Source of the DNA: Candidatus Methanomethylophilaceae archaeon
GTDB lineage: Archaea; Thermoplasmatota; Thermoplasmata; Methanomassiliicoccales; Methanomethylophilaceae
Direction of reading: 5' to 3'
DNA length: 64,000 nt
NCBI GenBank assembly: GCA_944320495.1
Contig: CALUHR010000013.1
Coordinates: 96,001 to 160,000 of the forward strand
Shown here: in pieces, positions 31,601 through 40,105 of the stretch
Numbering within the stretch: position 1 is the first letter of the stretch
Layout: each line of letters begins with the position of its first letter
The notes under the pieces: model-generated
What the model saw: the letters and a program-made list of their open reading frames with translations, nothing else
Databases searched by the model: none
What the model was told of the DNA's origin: nothing
Position numbers and translations under genes: made by a program

Positions 31601-32271
31601 CCAACGCCCTCACCAAATCCGAGGAGTCGAAGCTCCAGAACGAGGAGGACATCTGGAAGGAACTGTCGGACTACTGCCCGGACAAGGTCGTCCAGCTGAT
31701 AGGCTCCATCAAGATCCGCGATGTACCGGCCCAGATCATGGAGTTCGCAGACAAGCAGTACAGCAGGATCGAGAGCTCCCTGTCCATCAGGGAGCGCCAG
31801 GAGGTCGTCATCCGCGTGCTTGACTGTCTGGCGTCCATCCACGAGGCGGGCTTCGTCCACAACGACATCAAACCCGACAACATCATACAGGTCGGAGGGG
31901 TCTGGAAGATCGCCGACTTCGACACCGCCTTCGAGGAGGGCGAGTCCACTCCCAACCCCGGCGGCACGTTCCAGTACGAGTCCCCCGAGCAGTTCAGCGG
32001 AGGGGAGATCACATCCAAGAGCGACATCTGGGCCGTGGGGGTCCTGCTCTGCCACTCGCTGTACATGAGGTATCCGTTCAGCGGAGCCGAGAGCGAGTAC
32101 AAGAGCAACGTCATGAGGGGCGAGTTCGACAGGGGGGTCATCAGCCAGACGTACATCCCGCTGCTCGAGCGCGTGTTCTCCCTCGATCCCGAGGTCCGCC
32201 CCACAGCCGCCGAGTTCGCAGAAGAGCTCAGAAACATCACAGGTTCCGGAAGAACGGAGGCAGACGAATGA
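28606..32271 (+). CDS. Large TPR-like helical protein with C-terminal Hanks-type Ser/Thr kinase domain
   Basis: GPIGKGG, HNDIKPDN, ADFD, YESPEQ, DIWAVG; TPR-like helices upstream; 1221 aa. Confidence 0.85.
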   Translation: MSEMVRIKKDASGESAEEKPKKGFSIKRVEKNDHAASNRTKNHGEATRVTDPDDAADREGFVGSAGYGHDDRTESPTDETAAKTPNGGLLSGKKNSDGTPRDTKNPRMPVKNPGKKETSQEDLTKRKVDDICSNINKVFNNVEAGIISNEDYIKVVDFLLKYNRFDTVVMATEHVGSGKYSLRARLIAQKTGELLAANDLRTLYNLYGHEVLSDSIIDNRCDLGEYLDSYIQRNAKAIEAVPKAVEDLKRAFPSASYYPRMIDESSVRVSSNYANEDIIRCDDFNGLDAQYNRYKQRLEIILGSDVFKQAYTNRFKAIVSDIDRIEELKPILLTLDTNMNPFLEPSGQILADRMDELVCHYMHSPGRMDELNNQFNRANTDVKDRVSESYFQNVVRILSNSSHSVEELSEDYRAVNWGYMHTDGRDSIVVDVYCKNIVAHILPLVTSSIPALKSSVPRDDGRVSKRLAELVIGPVSNGDVPFDSLYAWLEYFQNVTDKSNEVSLVDSKICLQIGKGLIQNNPEEALAYFQMAVHEDLGGLEVYAILIKAQKSLDDGNTGMALKYAHDAILNNPRMTCAGKAFSAYVSNISTPGELSFCESVDSFIDEMNNLDQIISSTTLDYIAMAYCAGNLSRVDLVGKLAGLKTEKSKFFEAFCETIRGIELLRGESFGEALDAFSESMDLASDDERLTYLNRMGYSACLWATNSEMTAGNLKSICEEAQRMSSVRIDIWMSLYISGLVDDHQLSWNYAADKYIRAMDYVFDKTELRILASRMYIKMNEPAEAKRILEGNNDNVSEIMRLEIDFLVGATGTATRPRGSIEKLSLETPYQRALADRLLGMAEDYHNVWGKAADKYGEGLKELANSKRRRDVLMRADLYRKRAKAQYKVSRQNLAKVNEDYEAAIELLLNMDDGTSEFKQMMEDIEKEKASVNSSTEVVEESPRDMSVKALDFGGIDLVMRGGPIGKGGTYNVYAASSTDGRRYAVRLLKRIDPYVTATNALTKSEESKLQNEEDIWKELSDYCPDKVVQLIGSIKIRDVPAQIMEFADKQYSRIESSLSIRERQEVVIRVLDCLASIHEAGFVHNDIKPDNIIQVGGVWKIADFDTAFEEGESTPNPGGTFQYESPEQFSGGEITSKSDIWAVGVLLCHSLYMRYPFSGAESEYKSNVMRGEFDRGVISQTYIPLLERVFSLDPEVRPTAAEFAEELRNITGSGRTEADE

Positions 32272-33665
32272 TACCGATTAGCGGAAGGACTGATGTCCTG
32301 ATACAGTGGTTCTCCGACGAGTTCATCAAGAAGAACGAGAAGGTGTTCGAGAAGATCACCGTCGGACCCGGAGAGGTCCTGATCATCATCAAGGACGGCA
32401 AACCCTCTGACACGTACCTCGAATCCTCGGTCAAACTGGCCGGGGACGGGTTCCTCGCCAAGTTCCGCGAGAAGCTGAAGGGCGTGAACAACCAGGTCCT
32501 CATGGCCGACCTCAGGCCCTTCGCCGCCAGGATCGGCATCCACGGGTACACCAAGGACAGGACGGAGATCGAGGGCGCCATGAACCTCACCGTCCGCGTC
32601 TCCAAGGAGAACATGGTCCGCCTGTCCAGCCTCTACACCAGGGACCTCCTCTCCGACGAGAAGTGGAAGGACATGCGCGGCAAGGTCAAGGAGGTGACCC
32701 GCGAGGACATCGAGAACATCCTCCGCTACGACACCGAGCTGACCGTCGACTCGTCCGTACTGACCCAGACCCTCTCCTCCGACATCAGGGACCATCAGGA
32801 CGTCTTCAACGCCCGCGTGAGGAACGCCATCGACTCGATGACCCCCGTCTGGGCGAACTGCGGCCTCGCGGTGGACGTCGTCAAGGTGGACATCGAGAAG
32901 AACGCCTACGAGGACGCGATGCGCTACCACGACGAGCAGTCCAAGGCCCAGATGATCATGGACGCGGACTTCGAGACCGCCGCCCACGAACTGGGGCTCG
33001 AGATGGACTACGGCATCCTCTTCGTCAGGAAGGAGGCCGAGAAGAGGCTCGAGGAGGAGAAGGGGAAGTACGACGTCCAGAACTTCTAGTTCACCAAGGA
33101 GATGGAGGACGAGCTCGCCAAGACCGATCACGAGATCGAGCTGCGGCGCCGCGACATCATCTCCAAGCTGGAGTTCGCCAAGGTCCAGGCCGACATCGAC
33201 CACATCAACAGCGTCAGCGACGACGAGATCCGGCGCAGGAAGGCGGACACCGACGCGTACGTCGAGATGGCCCAGATCAAGAACGACGAGTACGTGAAGG
33301 ACCAGGACGTCCGCAGACAGATCGAGATCATGCAGGCCCAGAGGGACATAGAGATCCAGAACGCCTACGAGGACGGTAGGAAGAACGGCAAGCAGCTCGC
33401 CGAGGACGGCGCCTTCGACATGGGGTACAGCAGGGGATACGCCGACGGACTGAAGGAGGCCATGAGGAACGGCTCCGGACAGACCGTCGTAATGCCCGGA
33501 TACGGGATGCCCCCCGCCTACGGCTACCCTCCGGCCCCTCCGTACCAGGGAGGGTATGACGACCGCCGCCGGTACGACGACTACGACGACCGCAGGTACA
33601 GGGACGATGACAGGCGCTACGACGACGACCGCCGCCAGCCGAGGCGCGGGGACGACAGGGAGTGA
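32268..33665 (+). CDS. SPFH/band-7-like coiled-coil protein read through an in-frame TAG (33087-33089; candidate Pyl)
   Basis: ORFs 32268-33089 and 33102-33665 share a frame, linked by TAG TTC ACC AAG GAG ATG; the coiled-coil pattern continues across; would be 465 aa. Confidence 0.7.
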
Positions 33666-33853
33666 GCAGCATGGACACGATAGTCATAGCCGCCGGAATC
33701 TGCGTGGTCGCGGCGATAGCCGTGATCGCCGCCGCCCTCTACCTCAGACGCCCCAAACAGGAGCCGGAGGACGAGGGCAGGAAGGTCACCGAGGACCATG
33801 TGATCGCAAAGATGGACACCATACTGAGGTATCAGAATGCCGACAGACCGTGA
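33662..33853 (+). CDS. Small single-TM protein
   Basis: 63 aa, N-terminal hydrophobic helix then RRPK; overlaps both neighbours. Confidence 0.6.
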   Translation: MSSMDTIVIAAGICVVAAIAVIAAALYLRRPKQEPEDEGRKVTEDHVIAKMDTILRYQNADRP

Positions 33854-34526
33854 GATCCGCGACACGCTCAGGGAGACAGACTCCTGCCTAGACAAGATCA
33901 TCTCCACGATGTACGAGCACCCCTCTTACTATGAGGGGGTCATCTCCACCATCCGCGAGGCGCGCAAGTTCGTCCGCGACAAACCCGCCAAGGCCCTCGA
34001 GCTCACCAAGACCGCCCTGGCGGACTGCGAGGCCGAGGCGGCCGTCGCCATGGAGTACCACAGGATCGTGGACGGCATAGCCCCCGACGACCCCGTCTTC
34101 AACGAGGACAAGGTCAAGTCCAGGATGGACGAGTACCGCACCGACCTGCGCAAAGGGGACGTCAAGGGCGCCGTCAAGGCCATCGAGCATCTGAGGAAGG
34201 CCATCGGCGGACGCGGCAGGCCGCCGGCGATCCAGGTGCGTCTCGAATCGGACAGGATCAGCCGCGAGGACAAGACGGCGAGGCTCATCATCTCCAACGT
34301 CGACACCGCCGACGTCATACTGAACTCGGTGTACGTGTCGGCCAACGTGTGGTCCGAGGATGTGCTGCTGACGGTTCCGGTCATCCGCGCGGGGAACTCC
34401 GCCGACGTACCGATCACCATAGGGTCGGAGGCCCTGGAGTCCCCGGTGATCCATGTCCACATAACGTACACGCGCGACCTGGTGCCGGTCAACCAGACCT
34501 ACTCCTTCAAGATCTTCGTGGAATGA
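33837..34526 (+). CDS. Hypothetical protein, helical N-terminus and Ig-like beta C-terminus
   Basis: 229 aa, host-like codon bias, operon position. Confidence 0.6.
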   Translation: MPTDREIRDTLRETDSCLDKIISTMYEHPSYYEGVISTIREARKFVRDKPAKALELTKTALADCEAEAAVAMEYHRIVDGIAPDDPVFNEDKVKSRMDEYRTDLRKGDVKGAVKAIEHLRKAIGGRGRPPAIQVRLESDRISREDKTARLIISNVDTADVILNSVYVSANVWSEDVLLTVPVIRAGNSADVPITIGSEALESPVIHVHITYTRDLVPVNQTYSFKIFVE

Positions 34527-34530
34527 GAAC

Positions 34531-35268
34531 ATGGGCTGCTGGAAATGCTCCTGCGGACACTACGTCGACACGGAATATCGGAAGTGCATATTCTGCAACC
34601 GTCCGAAGCCGGGAACGGTGAAGCAGGGGGACATCGAATACACGGTCACGTTCCTCTACATGCAGAGGAACAAACCGTGCCTCAACTCGCTGGTGGCCAA
34701 GGGCCCGGTCAACATATCGACCGGCGCCGACCACCAGCGCCTGAACGTGACGAACATCGTGTCGTCGGGGGCCGCCACGGAGTTCCTCTCCTTCGACTGG
34801 GAGAACTCCATCCCCCACGGCAACCCCCTCCAGATATGGCCGGTCGCCGAGGGGGGATTCGAGATCACCTGTCTCAGCCCATCGTTCACGGCCAACGGCA
34901 TGGAGATAGGATCGGGGAAGGTGCGCGTCGAATCCGGGTCGATCCTGATGCTCTCGTCGGCCATGGCGATCAAGGTGGAGGACTTCCGCGGGACCGCGTT
35001 CATCAAGGGGAGCCTCTCCCCCGTGGGAGCCAGGAACGGGAACCTGAAGGACTCGGACATGTACTTCCCGCCTGGATCGGACATCGGGTTCCTGAACGGG
35101 CTCAACTACCTCGCCCGCACCAGGTACGTCAACGGCGGGGCGGTGGAGTCCAAACCGAAGGACGAGACCGACTGGGGATACGTGAACAAGGCCATCCTGT
35201 CGATGTTCGGCATCAAGTTCAGGAACTACAGGGAGACGATAGCCGCCCTGGAGGAGGGTAGGACATGA
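34531..35268 (+). CDS. Zinc-ribbon protein with FHA-like central region
   Basis: WKCSCG...CIFC zinc ribbon; FEITCLSPSFTANGMEIGSGKVRVESGSILML resembles the FHA C-terminal strands. Confidence 0.55.
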   Translation: MGCWKCSCGHYVDTEYRKCIFCNRPKPGTVKQGDIEYTVTFLYMQRNKPCLNSLVAKGPVNISTGADHQRLNVTNIVSSGAATEFLSFDWENSIPHGNPLQIWPVAEGGFEITCLSPSFTANGMEIGSGKVRVESGSILMLSSAMAIKVEDFRGTAFIKGSLSPVGARNGNLKDSDMYFPPGSDIGFLNGLNYLARTRYVNGGAVESKPKDETDWGYVNKAILSMFGIKFRNYRETIAALEEGRT

Positions 35269-35960
35269 TCGAGTTCTGTTCGCTGAAGGGAGTTCGTGAG
35301 TCGAACCAGGACGCACTGGCGGTCATAACCGCGGCCGGAGGCACCATGGACGTCAGGATGATCCATCATAACGGTCGCGACGACTACACCGACGGCACCG
35401 ACATGCCGGACGGCATGGAGATACTGCTCGTGGCTGACGGCATGGGCGGGCTCGAGAACGGGGATCAGGCCAGCTTCCTCACGCTGAACTTCTTCCTGGA
35501 GAGCCTCCAGTCCGAGTTCAGGGAGCGCATCGACATGACCGACGAGATTCGGAGGATCGTACAGAGGACCTCCGACGACGTCCGGGACAACTGCCCCGGT
35601 TCCGGATCCACCCTCGTGGGGATGCTCACCCACGGACGGATGTCCTGGATCTTCAGCGTCGGCGACAGCAAGTGCATAGCCAGGACGGGTGAGGGCGTCG
35701 TCCGCTCCGAGGACCACTCCCTGGGGGACGGCGGGATCATCACGGCCTACATCGGCATGGAGGGGGAGGTTCCCGTGAACATCGCCCCCGTGATCGACTG
35801 CGGCAACGCCATCCTGTTCTCAGACGGCCTCAACCCCGTGTTCGAGGAGAGGGGGACGGACATCGCCGATTCTAACGAGTCCGCCGAGTTCCTATGCAGG
35901 CTGGCCGTCCAGAAGGGGTCCACCGACAACGTCACCTGCATCATGCGCAGGGACATCTGA
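35265..35960 (+). CDS. PP2C-family Ser/Thr phosphatase
   Basis: RESNQD, VADGMGG, GSTL, VGDS, FSDGL, GSTDNVT motifs. Confidence 0.9.
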   Translation: MIEFCSLKGVRESNQDALAVITAAGGTMDVRMIHHNGRDDYTDGTDMPDGMEILLVADGMGGLENGDQASFLTLNFFLESLQSEFRERIDMTDEIRRIVQRTSDDVRDNCPGSGSTLVGMLTHGRMSWIFSVGDSKCIARTGEGVVRSEDHSLGDGGIITAYIGMEGEVPVNIAPVIDCGNAILFSDGLNPVFEERGTDIADSNESAEFLCRLAVQKGSTDNVTCIMRRDI

Positions 35961-36031
35961 ACCGAACGGGGCCTCCGCATCGGACGGCCCCGCCACACCC
36001 TTCCCGGATGACCGGACGCGTATCCCTCGGA

Positions 36032-37468
36032 TCATGCGTGTATGTCGTCCATCGGGACGAGCTCGATCCTCATCCCCGGATTGTCCTCCGCGAACTCCCT
36101 GAGCTCGTCGGTGAACCCGACCCTCGAGAACAGGATGTAGCGCTTGTTCTGGTATCCTCTCCTCGCCGACAGCCCGCGTTTGACCAGGTTCTCGTACTCC
36201 CTCATGCCGACCATACGATGGGTGAACCTGCACTCACACAGCACCAGGTCGACGTTGCGGTCGTTCTCGACCTCCGCCACGATATCTATGTCCGCGTCCT
36301 CCATGACGGGGCGCCCGTCCTCCCCGCGGACGACCTCCCCGTTCGAGACGACCGGGGACGACCCCCGCCATCTGCCGATCCACTTGCATCTCTCGGTATC
36401 CAGGACGTACTGCCTGCATACCTCCTCGAAGCGCCTTCCGAAGAACGCTGCCATCCTGTTGCCGAGCGTCCTGTAGACATCCCTACCATGCGAGAACCTG
36501 CCGTAAGGCTCACTGCGGATTGCCACATCGTAGTAGAAGTCGAGGAACCCGTCGGTCACCACGAACATGCGCTTCCTCGTCTTCCCGTAGCATATCTCCT
36601 CACGGATGACCCCGAGGAGCTCCAGGTTCTCTATCGCCGCCAGACAGGTCGTGCGGGAGAGTCCCGTCCTGTCCTCGATGCCGCTCGCATCGAAGGTCCC
36701 CTCGCGGATCGATGCCAGGATGCGGTCGTACGTCTCCTTCGGCTTCAGCTCCAGCGATACGAGACTGTCCGCCTCCGACCTCAGCAGGGCCGGTTCCTTC
36801 AGGAAGCCGTCCGTGATCGCCTGCTCCACGGACCTCCCCTTCATGTACTCGTGATACGCCGGGATGCCGGAACCGACGGCGAACATCCTCACCCTGTCCT
36901 CCTCGTCCAGCCCCTTGTGGAACGCACATGCCTGGGGATACGGCAGGGGATCGATCCTCATCTGCAGTATGAACCTCTTATAGAGCGGTGATTCCCCGTC
37001 GTTCAGATGCCTCCCCATAGCCATCATCGACGACCCGCACACCACGAGCATCAGACGGATATGCTTCATGTCATGGTCTATGAACCTCTGAAGCAGCGGC
37101 ACGGTGGACCCGTCCATGTCGGCCAGCAGTGGGAACTCGTCAAGCACCACCACGGTCTTCTCCCCCCTGTCGACGGACCCCACCTCCTTCAGGAATCCCA
37201 GGAGGTCCGGGACGCCCCACAGTCTCACCTCCCTCCCGACATGCTCGGTCGCCTGTGAGGAAAGGACGTCCCATGTCAGGTCTGGATCCTTGCCTGGAAC
37301 GGTCATGAACAGAGACGGCTTCCCATCACAGAACCTCTGGAGGAACGACGTCTTCCCCACGCGCCTCCTCCCGTAGACGGCACACGTCGTGGAACCTCCC
37401 TTCCTGTAGAGCCGATCCAGTTTCGAGAGCTCGTCATCTCTGCCTTTGAATACGTTATTGATTGTCAA
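36032..37468 (-). CDS. Archaeal ATPase (ATPase_2) with DUF234-like C-terminus
   Basis: FKGRDDEL, YGRRRVGKT, VLDEFP, CGSS, GRRFEEVCRQ, WIGRW, DIDIV...LCECR. Confidence 0.88.
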   Translation of the reverse strand: MTINNVFKGRDDELSKLDRLYRKGGSTTCAVYGRRRVGKTSFLQRFCDGKPSLFMTVPGKDPDLTWDVLSSQATEHVGREVRLWGVPDLLGFLKEVGSVDRGEKTVVVLDEFPLLADMDGSTVPLLQRFIDHDMKHIRLMLVVCGSSMMAMGRHLNDGESPLYKRFILQMRIDPLPYPQACAFHKGLDEEDRVRMFAVGSGIPAYHEYMKGRSVEQAITDGFLKEPALLRSEADSLVSLELKPKETYDRILASIREGTFDASGIEDRTGLSRTTCLAAIENLELLGVIREEICYGKTRKRMFVVTDGFLDFYYDVAIRSEPYGRFSHGRDVYRTLGNRMAAFFGRRFEEVCRQYVLDTERCKWIGRWRGSSPVVSNGEVVRGEDGRPVMEDADIDIVAEVENDRNVDLVLCECRFTHRMVGMREYENLVKRGLSARRGYQNKRYILFSRVGFTDELREFAEDNPGMRIELVPMDDIHA

Positions 37469-37561
37469 TCATATTTTGTGTATAAAATCTTAAATTTTTA
37501 TTTTAAGAAAATTTTTTCATAAACTTTTACTTTAAGATTTATGCAGACGCGAAGCGCCAGG

Positions 37562-38002
37562 TCGCTCTCCCTCGAGCACCTTCCTGGCCCTGGCGTACTT
37601 CTCCCTCCAGTGCAGGATCCTCTCCTCCGACACGTCCGGGCATCCCGAGAAGCGCGTCTCATCGGAATTGTGGTCCATGTCCGCCCTCTTCACGGCCCTG
37701 GCCACGGGGTTCTCCCTCACAGCCCTGACATAGTCGAGATAATCCACATCCCTCCCGTGCGTCAGCAGACGGACGGCGTCCACCACCTCCTTGGGAAACT
37801 CCCTCTCCAGGTCCTCGAACGTCACGTCCGTGTCCTCCACCACGTCGTGCAGCAGCGCCACGCATGTCGTGACCTCGTCGGTCATCTGCTCCGCCACGTG
37901 GAACGGATGGAACACGTACGGCACGCCCGTCTCGTCGAACTGTCCGTGGTGGGCCTCGTAGGCGATGCGCATGGCCTTCCTGGTGAGCGGCGTGTAGATC
38001 AT
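37562..38002 (-). CDS. HD-domain protein, Mesh1/SpoT hydrolase-like (ends at CGA 37564-37562)
   Basis: AHHGQFD..GVPYVFHP, ALLHDVVEDT, VKRADMDHN; 146 aa ending RKVLEGE. Confidence 0.82.
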
Positions 38003-38041
38003 ATGACGGACATGGTGCGGATGGTATTTCCAGACAGCGCC

Positions 38042-38728
38042 TCATGCCTCCGCCAGCCTCTCCCTCGCCTCGGCGAAGGGATCGAACCTCACCAGCTCGA
38101 ACCCGACCCTGCGGTTCACCGCACCGATCTCGCCCCTGCACTCCCTCAGGTCCGCGCTGGACGCTCTGGACAGCATGCCGAAGAACCTAGCGTAGAAGAC
38201 GTCCAGCATGCCGCGGTACGTCACCAGCAGCCCCTCCAGGTCCGCCGAGCGGAGGTACCTCCGCTGGTCGGCGCTCCACATCTGGTCGGAACCGCACCTG
38301 CGGGTGAAGACCACCGCCCCTGTCCCCGGATCCACCTCCAAGGGCATCATGTCGACGTGCACCACGTAGTTCCTCAGATTGACCATCAGGGACGCCTCGA
38401 ATCCGAGGGACGACCTCTTGAGGTCCCGGAACTCCGCATCGACGCCGCAGCGCTTGGCGCTGACCGCCGCCAGGTTCTTGCAGGCGTACATCCTCGACAG
38501 GAAATCCGAGAGCGTCTGGCACAGTTCCATGGTGGACGATTCGAGGTCCCGGTAGCTGCTCCTCCCGGACCGTCCCGGTGACCTCATGGATGAGACGAGA
38601 CCGATGAGCTCCGACAGCTTGGAGTCCATCATGCCGTAGCACATGGACATCCTGCGGATGACCTCGTACGTTCTGAAGCTGCTCGATTCCCTGAGCCTCC
38701 TGAGTTCGACGGCGGGTTCCGAGGGCAT
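38042..38728 (-). CDS. Hypothetical helical protein with HEPN-like RxxxxH motif
   Basis: LRNYVVH motif in an all-alpha protein; 228 aa. Confidence 0.5.
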   Translation of the reverse strand: MPSEPAVELRRLRESSSFRTYEVIRRMSMCYGMMDSKLSELIGLVSSMRSPGRSGRSSYRDLESSTMELCQTLSDFLSRMYACKNLAAVSAKRCGVDAEFRDLKRSSLGFEASLMVNLRNYVVHVDMMPLEVDPGTGAVVFTRRCGSDQMWSADQRRYLRSADLEGLLVTYRGMLDVFYARFFGMLSRASSADLRECRGEIGAVNRRVGFELVRFDPFAEARERLAEA

Positions 38729-38772
38729 GCGGATGAATCGCGGGCGGCCGTTATGAGCGTTGGCGACGTAGA
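38717..38772. repeat. Direct repeat, left copy (56 bp)
   Basis: TTCCGAGGGCATGCGGATGAATCGCGGGCGGCCGTTATGAGCGTTGGCGACGTAGA; 54/56 identical to 53063-53118. Confidence 0.95.
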
Positions 38773-39003
38773 TTCCGTAGGTCTAGTGGGATGACGTATG
38801 GTCGCCTGAAATCCCCGATCCTGCCCTCCAGCAGACTAGTTATCGTCAATGCACGGCCGAATTTGAGGTACATGAGGACACCGTCACAGCCCTATGGCGC
38901 CAGCTCAAGCTTGCCTGTATATTTTGATTATACCGACATGATGCCGCCATAACCTGGATACGGACCATGCCAGAATCATGAATCGTTAATGAAGTCCCTG
39001 CCA

Positions 39004-40104
39004 TCATGATAAACAGAGAGATAGGGTGAAAAACAGAACCAATGTGATCATGAACGACGCCGAGTTGCAGAGAACTATCTCAAAAACACTGCGATATTGG
39101 TATTCGGAGTACAGGAACTGCTTGAAAATCAAGGAGATCCTGCGCCGTTTAATGCATTGGACTGTACAACCTATATCCTCCACATAAGAAAGAAGAGCAA
39201 TAGTCAGTTCGCTTAAACCAGAGATTTTGCGGAAACGAACTAATGTCTCAAGGAGAACAGACAGAGTGAAATCCGATATCACAGCCAAGAATGCAATCAT
39301 GACGCAGAGTGGATCCGATGTCGCAAAAGACAGGATTGCACCTAACACCATCAATAGGATGTGTACGGGGACCTTGTTTATCCTGGGAATTGTTTTGTTC
39401 GGGTACTTTGATATGAGCTTGGCATCGGCCTTCCCGTAATTGTATAGTCTCCCAATCACGTCCCTCGGGTTGTCCCATGTTTTGTTTGAGTGGTATACTA
39501 TGGCATGACGGGCAGATGCTATGGTATATCCCGCCTCGTTCAACCTGACGCCTATATCGACGTCCTCCCCTCCCGGCTTATTCGGAAACGATTCATCGAA
39601 ACCTCCTATCTCCTCCAGGACCGCCTTTCTTATGGAAAAATTCGCAGTAGGGCCCCAAGGCACGGCGTCAACCTCGTTGGGGAGGGAAAATGCAATCATC
39701 CAGGGAGATCCACGAATTGTCCTGAAGAATCTGGTGTTCTCACCCTCCAATGTAATTGGCCCGCATGCGGCACCGATGTGACTCCCCTCGTATGAGGTCC
39801 AATGCGCCATTATCGCCCTTTTATCTAGAACACAGTCGGAGTCACAGTAGTATAGGAGCTCATACTTGGCATATTTCGCCGCAAGATTGCGCTTGATGGC
39901 CACCGACTCTCTTGCATAGTAATACCTGTACCCGAATTCCGAACACATCGATTCAATGATTCTAGCATCGTTCGTTTTGGAATTGTCTACGACAACGACC
40001 TCCCACGGCATGTCCTTGTCTGCGTCTAGTATGCTTTCGAACAATCTCCTGAGAAGAGCTATGCGACCGCAACAAACCACTAGGATGCTCACTCCATCCA
40101 TCAT
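39004..40104 (-). CDS. GT2 glycosyltransferase with C-terminal TM helices
   Basis: EVVVVDN, YCDSD, GGFDESF, GGEDVD. Confidence 0.85.
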   Translation of the reverse strand: MMDGVSILVVCCGRIALLRRLFESILDADKDMPWEVVVVDNSKTNDARIIESMCSEFGYRYYYARESVAIKRNLAAKYAKYELLYYCDSDCVLDKRAIMAHWTSYEGSHIGAACGPITLEGENTRFFRTIRGSPWMIAFSLPNEVDAVPWGPTANFSIRKAVLEEIGGFDESFPNKPGGEDVDIGVRLNEAGYTIASARHAIVYHSNKTWDNPRDVIGRLYNYGKADAKLISKYPNKTIPRINKVPVHILLMVLGAILSFATSDPLCVMIAFLAVISDFTLSVLLETLVRFRKISGLSELTIALLSYVEDIGCTVQCIKRRRISLIFKQFLYSEYQYRSVFEIVLCNSASFMITLVLFFTLSLCLS

Positions 40105-40105
40105 A

